DNA of 64,000 nt from a virus, in IMG/VR virus record IMGVR_UViG_3300042447_000691; one strand, written 5' to 3'. Positions within the stretch are counted from its first letter, which is position 1. Each line of letters begins with the position of its first letter. The translations under genes were made by a program, and so were the position numbers. This document shows positions 31,463 to 43,500 of the stretch, one piece after another. The notes below the pieces were generated by a model. That model was not told where the DNA came from, did no database searches, and was given only the letters and a program-made list of their open reading frames with translations.

Positions 31463-32547
31463 TAGAGAATAAAATATATTATAGAATCTCACCTGAAGTA
31501 TTAAAGGATGATATTTTTTCTGAAAGTTATTCAGGAGATAGTGGACTGAATAATTTTGGTCTATATAGTGGTATGTCTTACGTTTTAAGTGGGGGTACAG
31601 GTGGTACGTCACTACTTAGTGGTCTGACCATACCAATCTTCCTTACACAAACTTATAATGATGTTGGATTTTATTCTGAGTTTGACGGATTAATGGAACA
31701 AAAAGATGTAATAACCAATTTCCTTTATTCGGGATACAACCAATTTAATTTATACCAAGTACAGTTATATAACACATCTGAAAAGTTTACAAAAACATTT
31801 TTAAACTTCTCAACATATAATATTGATTGGGGTGATGGGTCACCTGCGGATCCAATGATATCTGATAGTATTAACCACACATATAATGTTAGTGGTACTT
31901 ATACCATCACTATGTCGGGATCTAACTCGTTTGGCCTAACTATCATACAAAAACCAATCACAATACCACTATCAGGGGTAACAATAGATAATCCAAACGG
32001 TACAGTTACCTACACACCACAAGGAGGTAGTTGGCCGACAAATACAATAACATTGGACACAATATTCCAAGGTGATAGTAATAACCAAGTATCGGGACAA
32101 ACTTCAGATAATTTTACAACGATCCCGTTTATTCTTTCGGGATATACAAAATCTAAATTAAACGAACTTAGAAGATATGGTACCCAATCATATACGGTTG
32201 GTTATCAGTTTTTTAAAAATAACGACATTTTAGGTCAAATAGACTTGATCACTAGTGATTACACGGCATACACAATTAATAATATAAGTTATTTTGACTT
32301 TCCTGACGGTAAAACATTCTTTATTTTAAATTCTTCCGGTATAACTGACAATATGATTGTTGCTTCAGCGATTACAAAAAATGAATATTTGTTAGATTTT
32401 GTTATGAGTCCTGAAATACAGGCCGATGTTTTCATCGAAAGAGGTAAATATTCCGCTTTTGAGTCGTTAGAAAGGTTAGGTGAAATTGATAATACGGGAG
32501 ATATGGTTAGGTATGGTTACGGTTTTTTCAAGATTAATACTACATAA
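31459..32547 (+). CDS. Putative structural protein with a PKD-like domain
   Basis: IDWGDGS...HTYNVSGTYTITMSG PKD signature. Confidence 0.6.
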   Translation: MIENKIYYRISPEVLKDDIFSESYSGDSGLNNFGLYSGMSYVLSGGTGGTSLLSGLTIPIFLTQTYNDVGFYSEFDGLMEQKDVITNFLYSGYNQFNLYQVQLYNTSEKFTKTFLNFSTYNIDWGDGSPADPMISDSINHTYNVSGTYTITMSGSNSFGLTIIQKPITIPLSGVTIDNPNGTVTYTPQGGSWPTNTITLDTIFQGDSNNQVSGQTSDNFTTIPFILSGYTKSKLNELRRYGTQSYTVGYQFFKNNDILGQIDLITSDYTAYTINNISYFDFPDGKTFFILNSSGITDNMIVASAITKNEYLLDFVMSPEIQADVFIERGKYSAFESLERLGEIDNTGDMVRYGYGFFKINTT

Positions 32548-32580
32548 AAAATGAAGATAAACTATTTATAAATAAAAAAA

Positions 32581-33489
32581 ATGGCATTAGGAACATACGG
32601 AACAGTAAGACCGGCAGACGTATCACCTGAAGATGTTGATATAATTTTACATTATACCGAATCTAGGGATGTGACAACCAACTTCACATTAAAAAAGTTA
32701 AACGCAAGAACAATTTTAACACCTTACTTTAATAATACAGATACCGGAGGAAATGATGGTGTTGAGATTTTAGGTGGGTTATATAATTTAAAATTACCCG
32801 CATCCGAATTTAATAAAATTGGAATTTACACACTTTATATTAGACCTGCAGAAGTTAGGACAGTTATTACTGATTGTGGGGTTTTATCGTCTTTACCAAA
32901 TGTTAAAGGTATAGTAATAGATTTAAACAACGTACCAAATTTATATAGGAATAAATTTACTAATCAAGGGTTGGTTGGGTATAGAATTGAATATTTAAAC
33001 TCCGATGGTAGTAAAATACAAAATTTCTATAGAATAGTGACCTCATCGTTTTATTGTGAACCTGTCTTGAGTGATCAAACAAATAGCACACAAAAAACAA
33101 TAAGATATAGGTATGTTGACGGAGGAAGCGATTTAATTTTTTGTACACTATCACCATCAACCGCACCAACAAACAAACCAACTGCAACACCATATATTGG
33201 ACAACCAAATCAAAATATTATAGTAACTAACACATTTTTTAATCCGTTAACTATCGATATACAAATGGCTGAACATGATTTAGATACTATAGCGATAGCC
33301 CTTTACGGGAATCAAACTAAGAGTATTGAAGATGGTATTTACACGTTATACGATAGTGCTGGTAACATATATAAACAATACAACTTGTTTGAGATTAGAG
33401 ATAACTTTAATGAATTACTTTATGAAGTTAGACAAGATAGGGGATCTAACGTAGATTTTAGTAAGAATTTTACAAATATTATTAGTTAA
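32581..33489 (+). CDS. Putative structural protein
   Basis: TATTTAT motif upstream; TAATG coupling to the next gene. Confidence 0.55.
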   Translation: MALGTYGTVRPADVSPEDVDIILHYTESRDVTTNFTLKKLNARTILTPYFNNTDTGGNDGVEILGGLYNLKLPASEFNKIGIYTLYIRPAEVRTVITDCGVLSSLPNVKGIVIDLNNVPNLYRNKFTNQGLVGYRIEYLNSDGSKIQNFYRIVTSSFYCEPVLSDQTNSTQKTIRYRYVDGGSDLIFCTLSPSTAPTNKPTATPYIGQPNQNIIVTNTFFNPLTIDIQMAEHDLDTIAIALYGNQTKSIEDGIYTLYDSAGNIYKQYNLFEIRDNFNELLYEVRQDRGSNVDFSKNFTNIIS

Positions 33490-36464
33490 TGGCAAAAACA
33501 AAATACTTTTACCCTCCTGCCCCATCCGTTGGGTCACAAACGTTTTCGGACAACATAGTTGGTTTACAATTAGTTGCGGGTGGAGGTCTAACGCAAGGTA
33601 ATTTTGAGTTTACTTCGGCGATATATGAAAAGGTAAATCGAAAGTTTGATACTGGCGTTTTTTCAGAGCCATTTACTTTAGAGAATTTAAATATTGAAAA
33701 TATTGAAGAGACTAAAAAAATTATTGAAAAAAACTTTAAGGTTTACCCTAATTTTGATATCTCACAAATAACAAGTTTTTCACTATATGGGTCACTACAG
33801 AAACGGTTATTAGCATCTATCACTAAGGTTATTAACTTTTTCCCTGCAGCCATTGAGATATATAGTAACCAATCATCAGGTATCGGAACCTATCCAACAG
33901 CAACCAACATTGTTTATGATAGTGTTGATGATGAGACTACTTTCGATATTAACGTCTTTTTATTTAACAACCCATTTGGTATTGACTATTCGACAAACGC
34001 CAAAAGAAATTTAGAAACAAGACCTTTAGCGGTATCTAAATATAGAAATATAACGGATAACTTTACGAGTTATTCTCTTTATTTTAAAACCTTAGATGTA
34101 GAATATAATTTACTTGATTTGGTGCCAACAACGTCTTTGACTGGTGGTACGGTTAATGTTACGGTTAAGGGTGATCCGTTTAATAATAAAACATCTACAA
34201 TTACACAATCAAACGAAACGTTAATAATAAAACCAAATAACTTAGTTACTGAACAAATTTTTTCAGATAGTTTTGATGAGGTCGAGGACTTTTTACTTAA
34301 TAGAAAAAGTATACCCCTTTATACCTCAACCTTTAAATATCCCGATTATGATGGTGACGGCAATTATGTTATGTACAACGAAAAGGTGACTTGGAAATTG
34401 GATGTTTATTGGAATTTAGATATCACTTCGCCAAATTTTGACAACTACCTAACTAAAGTACAAAAAATTGCAGAAGCGTTAGACCTTTATAAAACCAATT
34501 TGATTAGTCGGTTTTTAATTACTGGTTCGTTTATCGAGTTTGATACTGCAGATCAAAAAATTGAAAAGGTACTTCAAATATATGGTAGAAGTTTTGATGA
34601 GGTTAAAAAATTTATCGACGCGTTGGCTAATATGAACTCAGTTAACTATGTTGTGGGGAACGACATACCGTCGCAACTATTGGTTAATTTGGCTCAAACT
34701 TTAGGGATCAGTACCAATATTTCACCAATAACTAATGAAAACTTTTTAACGTCGGTATTTAATCCAAACGCCACACAAACATATCCGGGACAATCAAAAC
34801 CGGACACACCAACCGAACTTAATTATCAATATTATAGAAATTTAATATTGAATGCGTCTTATATGTTTAAGTCTAAAGGTACGAGAAAATCGATAGAATA
34901 TATCTTGAGATTTATTGGTGCTCCTGATGCTTTGATTGAACTAAATGAAATTGTTTATTTGGCCGACTCTAAGATAAACATAAATAGATTTTACGAACTT
35001 TATGATAACGTGTCTGGAGGTACTTACTTAAACGTATCACCAACATTAGACCCAACCAACACTTTTAGTGTTTTAGGAACAACATACACGGGGTATACAA
35101 CGTCTGCTAGTATAGAATTAACAACTTCTACGTTAGCTGATTATCCGGTTGACCCTTATGGTTATCCAAAACCACCAACAAACAACGACAGTTATTATTA
35201 CCAACTTGGAAGTGGATGGTTTGAACAGACACCTGAACATAGATCTGATGAGGTTGCTGATTTAGCAAATTCTTCATTTGATCCAGCAAACCCGTATTTA
35301 ATATCATCCTTAAAACCGTTCACTTATGGTCAAGAATATTTAGATAAGTATAGAAACTTTCCATCTATGGGTACTTTTGGTTTTGAAATAACAAAGACAA
35401 TTGACAACCAAAAATCGTGGGAGATAAATACAGAAACAAGAAAAAATAATAGTGACTTCAATGGTGTTGATTATACGACGGAAAGTGATAATTTGGTTTT
35501 AAATACTAAAATGGTTGAGGTTTATTTGAACATGGGTCAAGGTATCACTTACGATGTATGGGATATGTCAGCACAATACGATTACCCTATACCTAATACG
35601 GGGTTAACCGCACCATACCCATCGCCAGGATTAATAGATTGGACATTCATAAATCCAAAACCAAAAGAGAAATCGTTTTTTGAGTTTGCTCAAAGTTTTT
35701 ATAATAATTTTATTAATGTAAGAAATCGGTGGACAATATCTGACGGTAAAACCGGAGGATATCCAACACTACAATCTGTTTTTTGGAATTATTTACAATC
35801 TGAAGAAACGGTTGGAATACCATCTAATAAATTCACCTATCAAAAAATGATAGATTTTACGTTAGGGTTAGGTGATTATTGGCAAAGACTTTTAGAGCAA
35901 GTTGTTCCAGCAACAACAATATGGATGACAGGGCAAAAAATGGATAACTCGGCATTTCATAGACAAAAAATAGTTTGGAGAAGACAAAGGGGTTGTATAT
36001 TTATTCCTGTTAGTTGTATTCCTTGTGCATATAACGGTCAGTTATTTACATATGATTGTATTGATCAAACATTAACTTGTTCTTTAACTAATCTAAGTAA
36101 CCCATTATTTCCAAGTCAAGTACTGAGCGATAGTGTGAATAACCTAATAGCGTCTAGTGGGTATACACAAACACAGTGTGACGAAACTAGTGTTGTTAGT
36201 ACTTGGTATATCGATTGTCGTTTAGATAGTGACATATTAATACAAGGTTCGTTCTTTACAGGGTATGGAGATCAGACACCAACAACAACTCAAATTTTAA
36301 CGGCGATTGAAACTGAATTAGATACTTTATACAGTTTTGGTTTAAATTATTATTTGGCGGGTAATAATTTAATAGTGAGTAACACTACTTGCTACGATAA
36401 CTTTACTAATAAAACTTTCCACATAAATATCGGTGTGGATATAGATATAAATTGTACGAACTAA
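33489..36464 (+). CDS. Baseplate wedge protein with a P2 gpI / T4 gp7-like core
   Basis: LLVNLAQTLG...YMFKSKGTRKSIEYILRFIG motif typical of the gpI/gp7 family. Confidence 0.65.
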   Translation: MAKTKYFYPPAPSVGSQTFSDNIVGLQLVAGGGLTQGNFEFTSAIYEKVNRKFDTGVFSEPFTLENLNIENIEETKKIIEKNFKVYPNFDISQITSFSLYGSLQKRLLASITKVINFFPAAIEIYSNQSSGIGTYPTATNIVYDSVDDETTFDINVFLFNNPFGIDYSTNAKRNLETRPLAVSKYRNITDNFTSYSLYFKTLDVEYNLLDLVPTTSLTGGTVNVTVKGDPFNNKTSTITQSNETLIIKPNNLVTEQIFSDSFDEVEDFLLNRKSIPLYTSTFKYPDYDGDGNYVMYNEKVTWKLDVYWNLDITSPNFDNYLTKVQKIAEALDLYKTNLISRFLITGSFIEFDTADQKIEKVLQIYGRSFDEVKKFIDALANMNSVNYVVGNDIPSQLLVNLAQTLGISTNISPITNENFLTSVFNPNATQTYPGQSKPDTPTELNYQYYRNLILNASYMFKSKGTRKSIEYILRFIGAPDALIELNEIVYLADSKININRFYELYDNVSGGTYLNVSPTLDPTNTFSVLGTTYTGYTTSASIELTTSTLADYPVDPYGYPKPPTNNDSYYYQLGSGWFEQTPEHRSDEVADLANSSFDPANPYLISSLKPFTYGQEYLDKYRNFPSMGTFGFEITKTIDNQKSWEINTETRKNNSDFNGVDYTTESDNLVLNTKMVEVYLNMGQGITYDVWDMSAQYDYPIPNTGLTAPYPSPGLIDWTFINPKPKEKSFFEFAQSFYNNFINVRNRWTISDGKTGGYPTLQSVFWNYLQSEETVGIPSNKFTYQKMIDFTLGLGDYWQRLLEQVVPATTIWMTGQKMDNSAFHRQKIVWRRQRGCIFIPVSCIPCAYNGQLFTYDCIDQTLTCSLTNLSNPLFPSQVLSDSVNNLIASSGYTQTQCDETSVVSTWYIDCRLDSDILIQGSFFTGYGDQTPTTTQILTAIETELDTLYSFGLNYYLAGNNLIVSNTTCYDNFTNKTFHINIGVDIDINCTN

Positions 36465-36473
36465 TTATAGATT

Positions 36474-39400
36474 ATGGCATGTGTTTCAGGATTAACAAAT
36501 GGGGTATATAGTTATGTAGATTGTTGTGGTAATTTACAGGCGGGAGTTTCATTAGGTGTGGGTATTTGTATTGATGATACGTACTCTGGTAGTGCGTCTG
36601 GCGTTTACATTGCGACAGGACAAACCTGTACACAAAATTGTAATACAGGAATTTTAACATACACTTTCACCGTAACAGGTGTTTGTGATTCTTCTTCGGG
36701 TACCACAGTAATTACACCGTTTGGTGGTGTTTTACCATATACGATAGATAATATCATACCAGGGACTATAAGTGCTCAGACCAGTAACGGGCCTTTCACT
36801 TATACAGGTTTAACGGGGGGTACTTATGTTTTTAGACTTAACGATTTTTTAGGGTTACAAAACAACGAGGCGTTTATAAACGTATTTGTTTCTGAATGTT
36901 TTATTGCTAATATAACAGATACAACAACAACATGTGGGTTGGATAATGGATTTGTATCTGTTAGTGCAACATCAACCAATAGTCCATATAATATTATTCT
37001 TTATAAAGACGATGTGTTATATGATGTCCAACAAACAATAACATTACCTTACATTTTTCCTAGTTTAGGTGCCGGTGAGTACTATGCGACTGTGTTTGAT
37101 TACGGAGCGGTAAGTGCAAATACACCGAACATTTTAATATATAGTTCAACAAGTGTTAACTTTGGTTTATGGAAAGTGAACACATCGACATGTGTGATCA
37201 ACACGGGTAAACTCGCCGTAACAGGATTAACAGGAACCGGACCATTCACGTACTTATGGAGTAACGGAGATACAACACAATTAGTTACGGGATTAACTCA
37301 AGGAACATATAGTTGTACAGTAACCGATAGTATTGGTTGCTCAACCACAGTTTCAGAAACCATAGGACAAGCATTACCTTTAGGAATATTAGGGACAAGT
37401 AGTGTTAGTCCGAGTTGTTTTGCGTCTGATGGTAGTTTAACATATACTGTTTCAGGTGGAACCGCACCGTTTTTCTATTCTGCTAATACGGGACAAGTTG
37501 GGTACACTTTATCTGACACGTTTACATTGACTAATTTAGGAAGTGGTAATTACAACGTATTAATACGAGATGCTAATTTTTGTGAAATAAACGTTTCAGG
37601 ATCACTCAACACTCAAAATGGGTTTTCATTATCTAGTTTAAACATAACCAACTCAATATGTAGTCAAAACAATGGTGAGATATCGGTTTCAATAAACGGA
37701 ACGGGTAGTCAAGATTACCTTTATGTGTTAAGTGCACAGACAGGAGGAACCGTCTATAGTTATTTTGGTACTAACCAAACATTCCAACAAGCGGGGTTAA
37801 CTAATGGTATTTATGATTTAATTATTTCGGGGACGGGATCACCTTGTGCTTATACCACAACCGCAACAATAAACTCACAACAAAAATTCACAATAACGGC
37901 AACCACTTCAGGATCTACTTGTGGACAACCGAACGGTGAAGTCACGGTGACGGTGGGTACGGGATATACTGGATTTATTACTTACGTATTGGAAAACCTC
38001 GATACACCATTAGTTAATGATAGTGTAGTACCATCAACATCATCAAGTGCTGAAACATTCACAAGTTTAATACCAGGAAATTATAGAATAAATGTTATAG
38101 ATATTCAAGGATGTGTTGTTAGTGAGGACTTCTCAATCACGACAACCAACTTTGTTAGTTTTGCGATAAACCCCGTTAATTGTCTTCTTGGTGTTCCGGG
38201 ATATGCAACCGCATCGATATATCAAGGAGAACCACCATTCATGTATTTATGGTCTGACGGGCAAACAGGAACGACGGCAACAGGATTAACCGCAGGTACT
38301 TATAGTTTGGTTGTTACTGATAGTAATACTTGTTCTGACACCAATTATTTTAATATAACGTGTGTTGGTAATAGTATAGAAGGTTACGAACTTTACAACC
38401 TTTGTTCGAATAACTTTAATACCACATCGGGAAATCGTCGAGGAATTTCCGAGATGTTCTTTGAAGGGTTTATGGATGCAACATCAGGATATACTGGGTG
38501 TACGATAGACAATGCTGATTTAACCTGTACAATAACGATAAACGGTAGTGCTTTTACACAGACGTTTGCAAATATCACAAACATTGATGATATTCCTTCA
38601 GACGACTTATGGGTACAATCGATAGAATACTTACTATCATCAACAAGTGCCGTTGGTAGTTATACTATCAACCAATTGAATAACACAATACATATTGAAT
38701 CTAATTGTAGTGGAGACCAAGACCCTATTGGTAATTCTGAATTTAAGTTAGAATTAACCATAGATTATGACTCTACTTGTGCGGGAAGCGCAACAACAAC
38801 ACCTATCGTTGTGTGTTGTGCACCAACTATTGTTGACGTAAACGACCTTGGAAGTGGACTTTACGGGATATACTTCAATTTAAATTGTGGTTCATGTACT
38901 TTAACATCAATACAATACTCAACAGACAGTGGATCAACATGGAGTACTAGTAATACGTCAAGTTGTAGTACATATAGAACAATAGCAACAACGGCAACAA
39001 CGACAGGAACAACATATTTTAGAATGACCAAAAATTGTGGATCAACTATTAGTAACGACTCAAACTCATACATTTACACAACACCAACACCTACCCCTAC
39101 TCCAACACCTACCCCTACTCCAACACCAACACCTACCCCAACACCTGGATTTAGGGCGACTGTGGATACTAGAATTGTTTATGGTTCATTATATGATCCA
39201 TATACTGGTTTGTTTTTACCGGCATCAACCGGAAATAATGTTATAAGATTACCATTTAATGTTATCGGACAAACTAATATCACAAACGGAACTATTTATT
39301 GGGGGGATGGGACAACCTCAACACTATCTTACGCTAACAGAACCCATACATATACAACCGGCCCAGGAATATATCAGATTACTATTACAGTGAATTCTGG

Positions 39401-39890
39401 AGGAGCCTTTAATGGTATAGGAGCTAACCCAATTGCTAATGATAGATTAAAATTTTTATCAATAGATGAGTGGGGAGATTTACAATTTGATGGGGGTTAT
39501 ACAAATTCTTTCTTTGGATTCCACAACCTATCATTGTCAGCAACAACAGATAGTCCACAACTTTATGATGGCACTCCTGATGATTCATTAGCTTTGTTAT
39601 TTGAGAACACATTTACAGGATTTACAAATATTAATAATATTGGATCTTGGAATGTTAGGGATATTACCAACATGGGGGCATTTTTAGCTAATGGAGGTGT
39701 TTACGTATCGGGGTTAAACAGTACAAATTATGATAGTTTATTAAACGGATGGGCATCATATGGGTCATCTTTACAAAATGGTGTTATTTGTGACTTTGGT
39801 TCTTCTAAATATGGACTATCGGCAGCAGCATCAAGAACGTACCTAACAGGTACCAAAGGTTGGCTAATAAACGATGGTGGTCCTGTATAA
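36474..39890 (+). CDS. Fibre/adhesin-like virion protein: Cys-rich N-terminus, SprB-like repeats, (TP)11 linker, PKD-like and DUF285/BspA-like C-terminus
   Basis: GTGPFTYLWSNGDTTQLVTGLTQGTYSCTVTDSIGC and GEPPFMYLWSDGQTGTTATGLTAGTYSLVVTD repeats; IYWGDG..HTY; IGSWNVRDITNMG. Confidence 0.75.
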   Translation: MACVSGLTNGVYSYVDCCGNLQAGVSLGVGICIDDTYSGSASGVYIATGQTCTQNCNTGILTYTFTVTGVCDSSSGTTVITPFGGVLPYTIDNIIPGTISAQTSNGPFTYTGLTGGTYVFRLNDFLGLQNNEAFINVFVSECFIANITDTTTTCGLDNGFVSVSATSTNSPYNIILYKDDVLYDVQQTITLPYIFPSLGAGEYYATVFDYGAVSANTPNILIYSSTSVNFGLWKVNTSTCVINTGKLAVTGLTGTGPFTYLWSNGDTTQLVTGLTQGTYSCTVTDSIGCSTTVSETIGQALPLGILGTSSVSPSCFASDGSLTYTVSGGTAPFFYSANTGQVGYTLSDTFTLTNLGSGNYNVLIRDANFCEINVSGSLNTQNGFSLSSLNITNSICSQNNGEISVSINGTGSQDYLYVLSAQTGGTVYSYFGTNQTFQQAGLTNGIYDLIISGTGSPCAYTTTATINSQQKFTITATTSGSTCGQPNGEVTVTVGTGYTGFITYVLENLDTPLVNDSVVPSTSSSAETFTSLIPGNYRINVIDIQGCVVSEDFSITTTNFVSFAINPVNCLLGVPGYATASIYQGEPPFMYLWSDGQTGTTATGLTAGTYSLVVTDSNTCSDTNYFNITCVGNSIEGYELYNLCSNNFNTTSGNRRGISEMFFEGFMDATSGYTGCTIDNADLTCTITINGSAFTQTFANITNIDDIPSDDLWVQSIEYLLSSTSAVGSYTINQLNNTIHIESNCSGDQDPIGNSEFKLELTIDYDSTCAGSATTTPIVVCCAPTIVDVNDLGSGLYGIYFNLNCGSCTLTSIQYSTDSGSTWSTSNTSSCSTYRTIATTATTTGTTYFRMTKNCGSTISNDSNSYIYTTPTPTPTPTPTPTPTPTPTPTPGFRATVDTRIVYGSLYDPYTGLFLPASTGNNVIRLPFNVIGQTNITNGTIYWGDGTTSTLSYANRTHTYTTGPGIYQITITVNSGGAFNGIGANPIANDRLKFLSIDEWGDLQFDGGYTNSFFGFHNLSLSATTDSPQLYDGTPDDSLALLFENTFTGFTNINNIGSWNVRDITNMGAFLANGGVYVSGLNSTNYDSLLNGWASYGSSLQNGVICDFGSSKYGLSAAASRTYLTGTKGWLINDGGPV
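39081..39146 (+). repeat. (Thr-Pro)11 coding microsatellite
   Basis: Degenerate ACN-CCN hexamer repeat. Confidence 0.95.
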
Positions 39891-40177
39891 TGGCATATTC
39901 AATAGACATAACAGGCGTTTCAGGTGGTACCGCACCGATTAGTTTCTACGCTTGTGACGAATATGGGAACAATTGTTCATTTTTAGGGATTGCTCCTGGT
40001 GTTTATATATTACCGGCATTATTACAAACGGCAACAACCATTATGATAAAATCTATTGATAGTGGCGGGTGTACGTTCTTTAAAATAATATCTTGTGACG
40101 TTGAGACTTTCTTAATTTTAACAGAACTTGGAGATTCTTTAACCACAGAAGATGGTGACACTTTAGTTTTTGAATAA
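39890..40177 (+). CDS. Small Cys-containing Ig/SprB-like protein (paralogue family A); probable start at 39890
   Basis: TAATG coupling to the upstream stop; shares I.....G..P....C and KxIDxxxC with 40193 and 48300. Confidence 0.7.
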   Translation: MAYSIDITGVSGGTAPISFYACDEYGNNCSFLGIAPGVYILPALLQTATTIMIKSIDSGGCTFFKIISCDVETFLILTELGDSLTTEDGDTLVFE

Positions 40178-40192
40178 AAAGTATTTATCTAT

Positions 40193-40480
40193 ATGATAGT
40201 TAATATAACAGGAGACACAGGAGGGTTAGAACCATACGACATTTTTTTATGTGATCCAACAAATACGGGTTGTTTCTACGTTTCAGGATTAACAAACATA
40301 CCTGCAACGGTTGTTATTAATACGGAAAGTTATTTTCCAAACGAAAATTACCTTTATTTAAGAATTATTGATACAAATGGATGTGTTTACTCGACAGTTA
40401 TTGATTGTGCGGGTCAAAAGGCGTTCCAAAATGATATATACTTTAATTTTATGGACGGGTTTGGTTATATTTTCCAATAA
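40193..40480 (+). CDS. Small Cys-containing protein (paralogue family A)
   Basis: GLEPYDIFLC...RIIDTNGC; aromatic/acidic C-terminal tail. Confidence 0.7.
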   Translation: MIVNITGDTGGLEPYDIFLCDPTNTGCFYVSGLTNIPATVVINTESYFPNENYLYLRIIDTNGCVYSTVIDCAGQKAFQNDIYFNFMDGFGYIFQ

Positions 40481-40501
40481 ATAATATTTATTAAATAAAC
40501 T

Positions 40502-43500
40502 ATGCCAACATATCAATTATTAACAGACAGGTCTTTAGCCCAATCATCGGCAATAACGCCGACGACACTCATACATATTGTTTATACTGGTGACCCATCT
40601 CAAAATATTGCGGGATCATCATATAAGGCCGAACTTGGACAACTTGCCGGATTATTTAGTGGTACGTCAGATACTTTTGTTACAGGAGGAACCTATTCTG
40701 CTGGTACAATAACATTTATAAACAGTAGCGGCGGAACTTTTGATGTAACCGGATTAACTACAGGTGACACAACGACAATTACAGGAGCAACTAGTGTTGG
40801 TACGGGTGTTACAATATTTGATAGTGTAATTGATAGGGATATAAAAATAAATTCTATCACGGGAGACACTTTAGAAAAGATAACTACCACATTATTTTCT
40901 AACACTATTGAGGTCGGAATTAATGAACAAAATTTAGATTTGTGGTCTTTAGTTGTACAAGGTAATCGATTAATAAGTGGAGGTGTCTCGTATGTTAGTG
41001 GATTAACTTTCGAAACGAGTGCTTTGGAATACATTATTGGTGGTACAATATACGACATACCACTACCAACCACACTTGTTTTGAGTAGTGGTGATCCTGT
41101 TTTTAATAGAATCGATGTTATTGTTGCTGATGTGAGTGGAAATACTTCGGTAGTGGGGGGTACTCCGTCCGCAAATCCAGAAAAACCTGATATTGACGAA
41201 GAAACTCAAGTTGAAGTGACGTTTGTATCAATACCTGCAAATGGTACGACACCAGATATAGATTTATTATTATTATATAACGAAAATGTGGGGCCACCAA
41301 CTGAATGGTCATTTGGTGCAGTTGGTTTACAACCAACAAGAATAAGTGGATCATCAACTGACCAAACATATAGTGGTTTAACAGCTATTAGAGTTAGTGG
41401 GGTTACCGGAACATTTACTACGTCGTTCAGATTGACAGGATCAACAACGGTAGACACAAACCAATTCGCAACATTACAGTTTGCGATAAGAAATTTATCA
41501 GCAAACACAACATCAAGTCAAATACGGTTGGGTTTTAGAACCACTGGAAACACACAGAACGGTAATTATGTTTATATGAATGCTGCTGGTTCTTCGGGGT
41601 ATGTTCAATATAGTAGTACGAATACGTCCTCTTGGCAGTTAATATCAATACCTTTATGGAGATTTTACTTAACTAACACAAACGTTCAAGTTTTAGATGT
41701 TTCATTTAATAGTCCGAACGCTAGGTACTATTTTGATATGATACAATTAGTTGAGGGATTAGCCTCGTCTCCACCTACTAACGCATGGACAACAATTAAA
41801 GGTGATGGATCGACGACGATTATCGCCCCTAACCCTAACGCCACTTTAACTATATCAGGTGGTACAAACATCGGTTCTTTTATATCTGGAGCCTCAACAG
41901 TTGTTTTAAACTTGGACAATAATATTAATTTAAATGGTGTTACAGCGTCAACAATATCCGCAACCACATATCAAAATTTACCTTCAAGTACCTTTACTGG
42001 TGGAACTGTAAGTGGCACAACTAACTTTACAAATGGGTTAAGTGCAAACACAATATCAGCAACAACATATCAGAATTTACCAACAGATATTAGAGTTACA
42101 GGTGGAACATACTCCGCCGGAACTATCTCATTCACTAACAACACCGGTGGGACTTTTAATGTAACCGGATTAACCACAGGATCAACATCAACCGTAAGTG
42201 GTAATTTTTTACCATTAAGTGGTGGGACAGTAACAGGAGGAACCATTTTCCAAAGCGGATTAACCGCAACAACAATATCCGCAACAACATATTTAAACTT
42301 ACCATTAGACATAAGAGTGACTGGTGGAACGTATTCTGCAGGTACAACAACATTTACTAACAACACGGGAGGCACATTTAACGTAACGGGTTTTACTACC
42401 GGATCAACATCATCAGTAAGTGGGGAGTATTTACCTTTAAGTGGTGGGACCGTAAGTGGAGCAACAAACTTCACAAATGGGTTAACTGCAAACACAATGT
42501 CCGCTAGTACTTTATTTGTAAATGGAGTAAAAATTACCGGAGATACATATGTTACAGGACTAACATTCAATACATTAAATTATAATTTAACGTTAGGAAG
42601 AAACGATGGTGTTACATTTACTGATAATTTAGGTGTTTTAGCTTCAGATAATACAATAACAGGAGGAACGTATAACTCATTAACAGGTGTCGGTACGTTT
42701 ACTAATAACACTGGAGGAACATTTGATGTTTCAGGGTTTTTAGTTGGATACACAGATGTTGAAGTTACGGGATCAACATACAACAATAACACCTTTACGT
42801 TTACAAATTCAACGGGAGGTACTTTTGATGTATTATTCAATACTGTCACAGGATTAACGTCAACAGGATTGGTTTCATCTAATACTATATCTGCAACAAC
42901 ATATTTAAACTTACCATTAGACATAAGGGTGACTGGTGGAACGTATTCTGCAGGTACAACAACATTTACGAACAACACAGGAGGAACTTTTAACGTAACA
43001 GGATTCACTACAGGTACTACCTCATCAGTAAGTGGGGATTATTTACCTTTAAGTGGGGGGACTGTAAGTGGGTCAACAACCTTCACTAACGGGTTAACGG
43101 CAAATACAATAAGTGCTACAACATATTTAAACATATCCGTACCAACACTGAACCAAGTTCTAATTGAAGGTAATCAAACTTTAGGTGAAGATATCGTTTT
43201 AAATGATATGGATAGTATTATCAATACCGGTAATACTATCGGAATACAATTTAAAACCGGTGCGACGATGTACCAATATGCTACGGATAATATAGATAAA
43301 ACAACTGAAATAAGTTTAGATAAAGAATTTATAACATTAAACGCTACAAATAATGATGATGGATATTATGCTACAATTCAACTTGATGTAAGTAATAACG
43401 TGATGTTTGAAATTGTTGGAGACCCCGCTTTAAATAATTTTAGTAGAACGACAAGACAACTTGGTGTTATAAATGATTATGTTGGTAATTCAACAAATAC

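Noticed and set aside
2-36464. Bacterial extracellular contractile injection system or T6SS rather than a phage
   Set aside because: The baseplate genes are interleaved with gp32-like SSB, UvsX/RecA, helicase, RNR, primase and homing endonucleases, and no host housekeeping genes are present.
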